Origin: an uncultured Myxococcales bacterium
Lineage (GTDB): Bacteria; Myxococcota_A; UBA9042
Reading direction: 5' to 3'
DNA: 64,000 nucleotides
NCBI GenBank assembly: GCA_937910235.1
Contig: CALENB010000330.1
Span: forward strand, 2,030 to 66,029
Part shown: positions 20,358-28,950 of the stretch, one piece after another
Layout: each line of letters starts with the position of its first letter
How positions within the stretch are numbered: the first letter of the stretch is position 1
Translations under genes and position numbers: made by a program
The notes under the pieces: generated by a model
Seen by the model: the letters and a program-made list of their open reading frames with translations, nothing else
The model's database searches: none
What the model was told of the DNA's origin: nothing

Positions 20358-21669
20358 CCTGTCCCGCGCTCGACGTCCAGCCGCGCCGGCCACGTCGCTG
20401 CTGAGCGATCTCGCGCGGCTGCCGCTCGAGGCCGCCGTGGACATGGTCTGCGCCGGACTCCAGGCGCCGATCAGCCGGCCCGCCGTCGCGTCGCATCGGG
20501 CCGCGCGTGGTGGGACCGCGGGCGGCGCTGCGGCCGCTCCCCGCTCCGCCTCCCCCCGTCGTCGGGTCGCCCACCATGGCATTGGGCTCGGACCCTTGCC
20601 TGAGCTGGTCGCGCGGATCGAAGAGACCAGCCACGCCGAGCCCGAGCGAGCCGCCGGCGCTGCGGCGCGTGTCCTTGGCGCCGCAGCGCGCGCTGGCGGC
20701 CTCGGCGGTGGCGCTGCTGACGTCGTCACGCGGCTCGCCCAAGTCGCGCTGTTGGGTGGCGACGACGCTGTGCTCGCGCGCCTCACGGCCGCCCTCCTGG
20801 CAGAGCCCACCCAGCTGGGCACGGCGCTGCAAGCCCCGCTGACGCAGCGCTGCCGCCGCGACGGGCTGGCGCGCGCCGCGGTCATCGACGCCGCTGCAGC
20901 CTGGTTTGCCCAGGGCGACACAGTCTGGCGGGAGCATGGCGGCGCCGACGCGCGCGATGGCCTCACCTCCACCCTGGTCGAGCAAGCCGTCGCGCGCGCA
21001 GACCTCGATCAAGCCTGCGCTGTCGCGCGGCTGTGGCCTCCCATGCGCACGGCGCTGACACGGCTCGGGAGCGCCCTCGCTGGCGCACGACGGATCCCAG
21101 ACCTCGATCGTCTCGCGGCGCCCTACAAGCCCGGCGGGCCGCTGTCGCTGGCGCTGCTTGAGGTCGTCGCATCCGTCGCGGCGTCGGACGGTACCCGTGG
21201 CGAGGAGGTCGCGGCGTGGTTGTTTCGCGTCGACCCCAATCCCGAGCGTTTCGCGCTGGCGCGCAGCGTGACGGACTCCCGTCTGTGGCCGGCTCGTCGG
21301 GCCGCGCTCGTCGGGCTCGTCTTGGACACCCACGATGCGCCCTGGCTGGTCGACCTCCTGGCCGCCGAGCCAGACGCCGGCGACGCGCTCCTGCGCCTGA
21401 TGCGGCGTCACCCGCGTCGCGAACAGACCGTGCTCGCCGCTACCGCCGCGTTGCGCGCCATCGATCCGACGGCCGCGTTCACCGCCGCCTGCGCCGGTGT
21501 GTTGACGTGTCTTGACGGCGCCGGTTCAAACACGCACCGCTTGCGGTCGGCCGTGAAATGCGTGCGCGCCGCCGCCTCCGCCCTCGGCGAGCCGCAGCTG
21601 GCCGAGGCCTGGCTGACCCTGGTGCGCCGCGAGCTCGGCGACGCTGCGTCAGGGCTGCTACTAGGCTGA
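20347..21669 (+). CDS. Ala/Leu-rich protein of unknown function, coupled to BFD-like gene
   Basis: ATG at 20347 overlaps the BFD stop (ATGGGCCGTGA). Continuous 440-codon frame with no recognisable motif. Confidence 0.4.
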   Translation: MGRDLSRARRPAAPATSLLSDLARLPLEAAVDMVCAGLQAPISRPAVASHRAARGGTAGGAAAAPRSASPRRRVAHHGIGLGPLPELVARIEETSHAEPERAAGAAARVLGAAARAGGLGGGAADVVTRLAQVALLGGDDAVLARLTAALLAEPTQLGTALQAPLTQRCRRDGLARAAVIDAAAAWFAQGDTVWREHGGADARDGLTSTLVEQAVARADLDQACAVARLWPPMRTALTRLGSALAGARRIPDLDRLAAPYKPGGPLSLALLEVVASVAASDGTRGEEVAAWLFRVDPNPERFALARSVTDSRLWPARRAALVGLVLDTHDAPWLVDLLAAEPDAGDALLRLMRRHPRREQTVLAATAALRAIDPTAAFTAACAGVLTCLDGAGSNTHRLRSAVKCVRAAASALGEPQLAEAWLTLVRRELGDAASGLLLG

Positions 21670-21730
21670 ATTTTCGGGCTGCCTGGAGCGTGGCGACCGC
21701 ACGGGGCTAGCGATGTCGCCACCTGCAGCG

Positions 21731-21765
21731 CCGGGAGCCAACATGCCGGGAGCCAACATGCCTGG
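21731..21765. repeat. 15-bp tandem direct repeat (ccgggagccaacatg x2.3)
   Basis: Perfect tandem copies in convergent intergenic space between 20347..21669 and the pilin gene. Confidence 0.7.
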
Positions 21766-21767
21766 CG

Positions 21768-22313
21768 CTACTCGGTCTCATCTTCCAGCGTCGGTTCGCG
21801 CTGCTCGCTCGTCAGGTAGATGTTCGAGAACTTGCCGTCTTGATCGAAGTCCGCTCGCGCGCGGGCGATCCACCAATCTTGATTGGCGTTGATGATGTAC
21901 CCGGCCGGTGGCGGGTTAGGCGAGGCTGGATCCCGCGCCCAGATCACGTACTGAAACTGCACCTCTTGGGTCGCAGCGAAGCCCGCGCCCAGGGCACACC
22001 AGCCAGGATGGGCTGTCTGATCGCCTGCTTTGCTGCAGTTGATGCCCCACGCGGCGACAGAGTCGCTCCACTTCATCGACTTCGGCCACCAATCCGTGAA
22101 GTTGGTGCCCGAGCTCACGTAGCGGTGATACGTCTGGTAGTAGCTCTCCTGCTTGATGCGCACATCGCCCAAAAACGCGATGGCCTCTTGCACGCGGGCT
22201 CGCCGAGAGAAGCGCTTGTAGGACGCGACGGCGACGGTGGCGAGGATGGCGATGATGACGACGACGATCATCAACTCCAACAGGGTGAAGCCCAGACTTT
22301 TCTTTTGCTTCAT
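21768..22313 (-). CDS. type IV pilin-like protein (prepilin-type N-terminal cleavage/methylation domain)
   Basis: MKQKKSLGFTLLELMIVVVIIAILATVAVASY is the class III signal (G|FTLLE). ATG at 22313. C-terminal Cys pair. Confidence 0.8.
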   Translation of the reverse strand: MKQKKSLGFTLLELMIVVVIIAILATVAVASYKRFSRRARVQEAIAFLGDVRIKQESYYQTYHRYVSSGTNFTDWWPKSMKWSDSVAAWGINCSKAGDQTAHPGWCALGAGFAATQEVQFQYVIWARDPASPNPPPAGYIINANQDWWIARARADFDQDGKFSNIYLTSEQREPTLEDETE

Positions 22314-22564
22314 GACGAACCGTCCTCCATCTCGCGCACGTACGCTTTCATGTTGACTTCGCCTCGCGCCGCCGTCAACGAGCAATTCGGCGCAGCCCGC
22401 CTGTGGTCGCGCGGAAGCCTATGCTGAATTGGGCTGTTATGGCCCGTTCAGCGCGCGGCCTAGCCTACCCTTGCTTGCCCTCGCGAAGCCTGCCTATAAA
22501 GCCGCTCAGCACCCGTCGCGGGGTTCTCGGTGTCTTGTTTCGCGGCGTCTGCCGGAGGACTCGC

Positions 22565-25500
22565 ATGACTCAGAAATCCGCCACCACACTCAAGCGTCAC
22601 AGTCACCGCGACGAGCGCCGCGCGCTCATGCTCAAGAGAATCGACGCGTCCGCGATCTGGGCAGACGACGCCCAGCGCGCGCAAGCGATGTTCATGGCCA
22701 ACAGCGTCATCCGCCGCGCTGACGACGACTTTCTCAACCGGCATCCCGCCGACGCCCTCCCAGCCCACATCGCCCAGGCGCTCGCGTCGGTGCACACGAT
22801 CCCGTGGGGCACGGTGCGGGTCGGGTGCTCGGTTCCGGTCAAGGACAGCCACGGCTACGATCTACCGATGGCGGTCCTCGAGACCTGCGTCGCGGATCAA
22901 CCCTTCATCGTCGACACGATCAAGCTCGTGCTGCGGCGCCTCGGCGTCCGAATTCTCGGCACGCTGAACATGATCCTGCCCGTGGTGCGAGACGACGACG
23001 GCGTGCTGCTTGATGTCGGCGCTGACGTGGAAGGCGGCCGCAACGAGTCGTTCACCTGCCATCTCCTCAGCCTGCCGAGCGCCCAGAGCAGATGCAAAGA
23101 GATCCGCCTGCAGGTCACGGCCCACTTGGAGCGCGCACAGCGCGTGGTGCGCGACTTTCGGCCGATGCGCAAGTTGGCCCGTGACGTCAGCGCGACGCTC
23201 ACCTACGCCATCGAGGCCATGCCGCAGCAAGCCCATGAACTCACCGAAGTAGCGAGCTTCTGTGATTGGTTGCTGGACGATCACTTCGTCTTCATGGGCG
23301 CCTACGGGTTCGACGTGCAACATCGCCCCACGGGCCGCCTCGGTCTGGCCCACTACGGCACTCCCGACGCGATCGGGTGTGGCAGTGACCCGGCCATCGC
23401 GTTCGCGCCGACCGCGCCAGTCATCACCATCTTGCAGAGCCGCGTCGATTCGCCGGTCCATCGCGACGCGCGCATGCAAGAGGTGCGAATTCGGCTGTTT
23501 GATGAAGAAGGCGTCCCGGACGGCGGCATCGTCTTCCAGGGGTTGTTCACCTACGCCGCGCTGACCCACTCCGGCTCCCGTGTTCCGGTGATGCGTGCGC
23601 GCCTCGGTCGCATGGCGGTCACCGAAGATCTGGTGCCGCGCTCCCACCGAATGAAGCTGTTTCGCAGCTTCTTCGATCGTCTGCCGCTGACCTACACTTT
23701 TGCCTCGCCGAATCGCGAGATCAGGAACCTCGTCAACGAAGCGATCGATGTCGATTTCGGCGGCGTGCCGCGGGTGCATTGCTTCTACAACGCTAACAGA
23801 ACGGTCGCGCACGCCTTCGTGATGGTCACGCGTGACCGCTACGGCGATGACCTGAGGTGGCAGGTCCAAGAGCTGATCAAGACCGCGTTGGGCGCCGACC
23901 ACAGCGAGTTTCGCCTGCTGGTCGGCAAGACGGAAGCGGCGATGTGGCACTACCTGCTCCAGAGCGAGACCACGCTGCGTCGTTGCGACGTCGACCAGAT
24001 CAGCGAGCAGGTTCGGGCGATCGTCAGCCCGTGGGTCGAGCGCATGCGCGATCTGCTGCGCGACGGCGGCGAGGAAGAGTCCGTCATCGACAGCCATTGC
24101 ATGCGCTACGCCGACTGTTTGCCGCGCGACTACAGCGCGCGTGTCGAAGGACCGTACCTGGTGGCGGACTTGGCGGCGTTCGACCAGGTCCACCAGGACG
24201 GTCAAGTGCGGCTCGCGCTCCGCCAGGATGCGGTCGACCGCGCTGAAGGCGTCGTGCGCCTGCTCTCGTATGGCACCGTGGATACCGCGCTGACGGACAT
24301 CCTGCCGATCATCGACCACTTCGGGCTGCGCGTGCTCGGCGAGGTGACCTCCCACGTGGTCGACGACGATGGCCGCGAGCTGTACTTCGAGCGCTATCGC
24401 ATTGATCTGTCGGCCGATCAGGGCGGCGCGCTGTTGGAGCATGGCGACGCGCTCGTGGACGCTGTGGGTGCGGTGCTCGACGGCCGCGCAGACTCCGCCA
24501 GTCTCAACCGCCTCCTGTTGCCGGCGCGTTTGACGTGGCGCCACGTCAACGTGCTCCGCGCCTACATCGGTTACGCCCGCCAGCTCGGCACGGCCTACCC
24601 GCCGAACGTCGTGCAGCGCGCGCTGCAGGACAACGCCGCCATCGCGCGTACGCTCATCGATCTTTTCGACGCCCGCTTCGAACCGTACCTGGGCGAGACC
24701 GGCGGCCACGTCTCTGCGGCCGATAGCCCGCGGCGGACGCTGCGGATCGAGAAGGTCACCCAGCGCTTCTTGGCCCAGCTCGATGGTGTGTCGGACGTGG
24801 TCACCGACAAAGTCCTGCGCATGTACTTCAACTTGATCAGCGCGACGATTCGCACCAACTACTTCGCGCTCAATGGCGCGCGCCGGGCGTTGTCGTTCAA
24901 GTTTCGCTGTGCGGACGTCGAGCTCATGCGCGATCCGCGGCCGCTCTACGAGATCTGGGTGTACGACCCCCGCATCGAAGGCGTGCACCTGCGCGGTGGT
25001 CCTGTGGCCCGAGGCGGCCTGCGCTGGTCGGACCGAGTCGACGACTTTCGCACCGAGATTCTGGGCTTGATGCTGACGCAGCAGGTCAAGAACACCTTGA
25101 TTGTGCCCGTCGGCAGCAAGGGCGGTTTTGTGCTGAAGACGGCCGCCGGTGACGACCGCGAGCGACGCCGTTTGGCGGACGAACTCTACAAGGTCTTCAT
25201 CCACGGCCTCCTCGATGTCACGGATAACATCGTCGACGACGTCATCGTCTTCCCAACCAACGTCGTGGTCCACGACGGACCTGATCCCTACCTGGTTGTC
25301 GCCGCGGACAAGGGCACGGCGCACCTCTCGGACACGGCCAATAGCATCTCCATCGAGCGTGGCTTCTGGCTCGGCGACGCGTTCGCCTCGGGCGGCTCGC
25401 AAGGCTACGACCACAAGCTGTACGGCATCACGGCCAAGGGCGCGTGGGTGTGTGTGCAACGCCACTTCCGCGAGATGAGCATCGACACCCAGACCGACCC

Positions 25501-27409
25501 GTTCACGTGTGTCGGTATCGGCGACATGTCTGGTGACGTCTTCGGCAACGGGTTGCTGCTGAGTAAGACCCTCAAGCTGCTGGGCGCCTTCAATCACCGC
25601 CACATTTTCCTGGATCCGAGCCCCGATCCCCTCGTGTCGTGGACCGAGCGTAGTCGCTTGTTTGAGATGGAGCGCTCGAGCTGGTCCGACTACGACGCCG
25701 CCAAGATCAGCGAAGGCGGCGGCCTCTTTCCGCGCGGCGCCAAGCGAATCGCCCTGACGCCGCAGGTCCGCGCCATGCTCGGCACCCACCGTGACACAGC
25801 GAGCGGCGACGATCTGGTGCGCATGCTGCTCTGCGCTGACGTGCACCTGCTCTGGAATGGCGGCATCGGCACGTACGTTCGGGCGACCGATGAGACGGAC
25901 GCTGACGTGGGCGACAAGGCCAACGACGCCGTGCGCATCACGGCCCGAGAGCTCCGCTGCCGAGCGGTTGGGGAGGGCGGCAATCTCGGTTTCACCCACG
26001 CGGCCCGGGTTGAGTACGCGCTGCAGGGCGGGCGGATCAACACCGACGCGGTCGACAACTCCGCGGGCGTCGACCTGTCTGACCACGAGGTGAACCTCAA
26101 GATCTTGTTCGCGCCGCTGATGAATTCGGGCCGATTGACGATGGAGGAGCGCGACGACGTGCTCTTCTCGATCGACCAGGAGGTCTGCCAAGCGGTGCTC
26201 GCCCACAACTACCAGCACAGCCTGGGTCTGAGCGTCGAGGAGTTCAGCGCCGCGGGCAGCTTGCGCGCGTGGGAGCGCACGATCGCCTTCTTGTGCGAAG
26301 CGCTCGGCATCGACCGCGACCTACAAGATCTGCCCTCCGCCGACACCTTGCGCGACCGCCGCCACGCCAACCTCGGGCTGACGCGACCGGAGCTGGCGCG
26401 AGTCCACGCCTTCGCCAAGATGTGGGTCTACGACCAACTCACCGCTGATCCCGGGTCATCCAAGCACATGGCCGATACGTACGTGCAGGCCTATTTCCCG
26501 GCCAAGGTGCGCGAGCGCTTCAGCGCGGCGATCGACACGCACAAGCTGCGCCACGAGATCGTGTGTACCGTCTGGGGCAACGAGATCGTCGACTATGCCG
26601 GAGCGTTGCTGCTACCGACGTTGGCCGTGGAGGTCGAGCGGCCGGTGCCGGAGCTGTGCAACGCCTACGCGCTGGCCGCCTATGCGCTGGACGCTGGCAG
26701 CATTCGGTCGGGCATCAGCGGCCTTGATGGCCAGATCGCAGCCGAGGTCCAGTACGAAGCGATGGATGCCGTTGAGCGTATCCTGGCGAGCACGACTCGG
26801 GCGATCTTGGCGCGATGCGCCGACGCAGAGGCGCTGGACGCGGCGATGGAGAATCGCGAGGCGCTGCGCGGTCTCGTCTCGGATCTTCGGACCGCCGTGT
26901 ACAAGGCCCAAGACACGGAGAATCGTGGTGGCTTCCGCGACGCGACAAACGTCTGGGAGGGGCGGGGGCTGCCGCGTGACTTGGCGCGCCGCATCGCACG
27001 ACTTGAGGGGCTGACACACTTCATCTGGATCGACGCGCTCGCCGACCAGAACAAGATCACGGCGCCGCGAGCGGTGCAAGTCTGGTTCGCGACCGCTCAG
27101 GTCACCGGCCTTGGCGCGCTGCTCGCGCCGCAGCTCGACGCCGCAGCGAGCCGATGGGTCGCCGCAGCGCGGGCGAGCTTGCGTCAAGATCTCTGTGGTT
27201 CCATGCTGTTTCTCGCCTCGCGTGTCGCGCGGGGCTGTGGCGACACGGGGACACTACGCCAGAGCAAGGTCCGCGCCCTGTTATCGAACGGCGGAGAGCT
27301 CGGCGATGTCTGGGCGTTGGCGCGCCAGGTGCCAGCGGAGCGCGACCAACTCGCTGCACAAATCGTGCTGACCACCCGGCTACGCAGCCGCGTCGGCATC
27401 GGGAAGTGA
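22565..27409 (+). CDS. gdh: NAD-specific glutamate dehydrogenase, large (~1600 aa) bacterial type
   Basis: Catalytic core GGLRWSDRVDDFRTEILGLMLTQQVKNTLIVPVGSKGGFVLK and overall length match the GdhB/NAD-GDH family. ATG at 22565. Confidence 0.9.
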   Translation: MTQKSATTLKRHSHRDERRALMLKRIDASAIWADDAQRAQAMFMANSVIRRADDDFLNRHPADALPAHIAQALASVHTIPWGTVRVGCSVPVKDSHGYDLPMAVLETCVADQPFIVDTIKLVLRRLGVRILGTLNMILPVVRDDDGVLLDVGADVEGGRNESFTCHLLSLPSAQSRCKEIRLQVTAHLERAQRVVRDFRPMRKLARDVSATLTYAIEAMPQQAHELTEVASFCDWLLDDHFVFMGAYGFDVQHRPTGRLGLAHYGTPDAIGCGSDPAIAFAPTAPVITILQSRVDSPVHRDARMQEVRIRLFDEEGVPDGGIVFQGLFTYAALTHSGSRVPVMRARLGRMAVTEDLVPRSHRMKLFRSFFDRLPLTYTFASPNREIRNLVNEAIDVDFGGVPRVHCFYNANRTVAHAFVMVTRDRYGDDLRWQVQELIKTALGADHSEFRLLVGKTEAAMWHYLLQSETTLRRCDVDQISEQVRAIVSPWVERMRDLLRDGGEEESVIDSHCMRYADCLPRDYSARVEGPYLVADLAAFDQVHQDGQVRLALRQDAVDRAEGVVRLLSYGTVDTALTDILPIIDHFGLRVLGEVTSHVVDDDGRELYFERYRIDLSADQGGALLEHGDALVDAVGAVLDGRADSASLNRLLLPARLTWRHVNVLRAYIGYARQLGTAYPPNVVQRALQDNAAIARTLIDLFDARFEPYLGETGGHVSAADSPRRTLRIEKVTQRFLAQLDGVSDVVTDKVLRMYFNLISATIRTNYFALNGARRALSFKFRCADVELMRDPRPLYEIWVYDPRIEGVHLRGGPVARGGLRWSDRVDDFRTEILGLMLTQQVKNTLIVPVGSKGGFVLKTAAGDDRERRRLADELYKVFIHGLLDVTDNIVDDVIVFPTNVVVHDGPDPYLVVAADKGTAHLSDTANSISIERGFWLGDAFASGGSQGYDHKLYGITAKGAWVCVQRHFREMSIDTQTDPFTCVGIGDMSGDVFGNGLLLSKTLKLLGAFNHRHIFLDPSPDPLVSWTERSRLFEMERSSWSDYDAAKISEGGGLFPRGAKRIALTPQVRAMLGTHRDTASGDDLVRMLLCADVHLLWNGGIGTYVRATDETDADVGDKANDAVRITARELRCRAVGEGGNLGFTHAARVEYALQGGRINTDAVDNSAGVDLSDHEVNLKILFAPLMNSGRLTMEERDDVLFSIDQEVCQAVLAHNYQHSLGLSVEEFSAAGSLRAWERTIAFLCEALGIDRDLQDLPSADTLRDRRHANLGLTRPELARVHAFAKMWVYDQLTADPGSSKHMADTYVQAYFPAKVRERFSAAIDTHKLRHEIVCTVWGNEIVDYAGALLLPTLAVEVERPVPELCNAYALAAYALDAGSIRSGISGLDGQIAAEVQYEAMDAVERILASTTRAILARCADAEALDAAMENREALRGLVSDLRTAVYKAQDTENRGGFRDATNVWEGRGLPRDLARRIARLEGLTHFIWIDALADQNKITAPRAVQVWFATAQVTGLGALLAPQLDAAASRWVAAARASLRQDLCGSMLFLASRVARGCGDTGTLRQSKVRALLSNGGELGDVWALARQVPAERDQLAAQIVLTTRLRSRVGIGK

Positions 27410-27418
27410 GCACCCACC

Positions 27419-28021
27419 TTGGAGACCACGATGAGCGCATCCAACCACCTCGACGACCGCATTGAAGCGACACGGCAACGTGTGCTCGCCGCTGGGGCCG
27501 ACATCGCCGCGCTGCTGACGGCGGATCTGTTTGACTACCCCGATCGGGAGCTACAACGCCGGTTTCTAGCCGATCCAGCGCGTGCGGAGGCCATCAGTGA
27601 CGCCGCGCTAGCCGCCCTGCGGCGGGCCGCCAAAGACCTCGGTGACCGTGTCGCAACCGCGATCACCAAGCAGCTCGCTGCGCCCGAGCCGTGGCTGACC
27701 CTGGCGGAAGGCGACGGCGAGATAGCCGACAGCAAGGACCTGCGGGATGTACCGGAGGTCTGGTCGCTGGTCGCCGCGTTTGACGCTGAAGTCACTGGGT
27801 TGGCCGCGACGGTCGGCCTCGAAGAGGACGACCGCACGCCACCTGGCTACACCCCGCCGCGCCGCTTCATCGGTCGTCGCTACCTGCCGAGCCTTGTGGA
27901 GAGCTACCTGCGCGCCTCGCGGGACCTGCACGAGCTGCTGGTCGCCTCTGAGGAGAAACACGTCGAGCAACGCAAACGCAGCTTGGTTGACCGATGGGCA
28001 TCCGCAGCGACCGACAGCTGA
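27419..28021 (+). CDS. hypothetical protein immediately downstream of gdh
   Basis: 10-nt gap after gdh stop. Acidic and Arg-rich helical protein, no known motif. Confidence 0.4.
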   Translation: METTMSASNHLDDRIEATRQRVLAAGADIAALLTADLFDYPDRELQRRFLADPARAEAISDAALAALRRAAKDLGDRVATAITKQLAAPEPWLTLAEGDGEIADSKDLRDVPEVWSLVAAFDAEVTGLAATVGLEEDDRTPPGYTPPRRFIGRRYLPSLVESYLRASRDLHELLVASEEKHVEQRKRSLVDRWASAATDS

Positions 28022-28081
28022 ACGCGCAGCGCGACGCCGGCGGCCGCCACATGCCGACCGACTTGGAGCCCCAGACGCGCC

Positions 28082-28945
28082 TCAGCCTGGGTCGCTAAAT
28101 CGACGCGATCGATCGAGAAACCAGCCGTGGTCGGTTGGCCCAGGTCCTGCGCCAAGGTCGAGGCCGTGGCCGATGGCGCCGTGCAGATAGGCGCACGCCT
28201 CCGTGATCGCCGCGATTAGCCCGTCGCCCCGGGCCAGTCGCGCGGTGATCGCGCTGGCGAGGGTGCAGCCTGTGCCGTGCGTATGGCGGGTGGCCAGCCT
28301 CGGACGGTCAAACGTGGTGAACCTCACGCCATCCCACAATAGGTCCGTGACGACCGCGTCGTCGTCGTCCGGTCGCCCCGTCGCCGCTGCCGCGCTGGCC
28401 TCGACCCCGAGGTGTCCGCCTTTGATGAGGACCGCGCCGCAGCCAAGCGCCGCGATGGCCTGGGCCGCCTCACGCGCCTGCGCGAGCGTCTCCACCGGAT
28501 GACCCACCAAGCGCGCCGCTTCCACGCTGTTGGGGGTCACGAGCGTCGCTAGGGGCAACAGTCGGGTCTTGAGGGCGACCAACGCGCGCTCCTGCAGCAG
28601 CGTCGCGCCGCTCGTCGCGACCATCACCGGGTCTACGACCAGCGGTCGCAACCCGTGACGCGTCACACCCGCTGCGACGGCCTCGATGATCGCCGCGGTC
28701 GCCAACATGCCCGTCTTCGTGGCGCGCACCGTGAGGTCGCTAGCGACGGCGTCCAATTGCTGCGTCACAAAGGCGGCCGGTAGCACGTGCACGCCGGTCA
28801 CGCTGTGCGTGTTCTGCGCCGTGATGGCGGTCAGCACCGACGCGCCATACACACCGTTGGCGAACATCGCCTTCAGATCGGCCTGAATCCCGGCGCCACC
28901 GCTGGAGTCACTTCCTGCAATCGTGAGCGCCACGGCCAACATCAT
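28082..28945 (-). CDS. thiD: hydroxymethylpyrimidine/phosphomethylpyrimidine kinase
   Basis: IAGSDSSGGAGIQADLK and HGTGCTLASAI motifs. Confidence 0.85.
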   Translation of the reverse strand: MMLAVALTIAGSDSSGGAGIQADLKAMFANGVYGASVLTAITAQNTHSVTGVHVLPAAFVTQQLDAVASDLTVRATKTGMLATAAIIEAVAAGVTRHGLRPLVVDPVMVATSGATLLQERALVALKTRLLPLATLVTPNSVEAARLVGHPVETLAQAREAAQAIAALGCGAVLIKGGHLGVEASAAAATGRPDDDDAVVTDLLWDGVRFTTFDRPRLATRHTHGTGCTLASAITARLARGDGLIAAITEACAYLHGAIGHGLDLGAGPGPTDHGWFLDRSRRFSDPG

Positions 28946-28950
28946 GCGCC

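Noticed and set aside
22862-26218. 1118-aa minus-strand ORF
   Set aside because: Antisense to the NAD-GDH gene. R/A/D/H/Q-dominated composition typical of high-GC antisense frames, no motifs.
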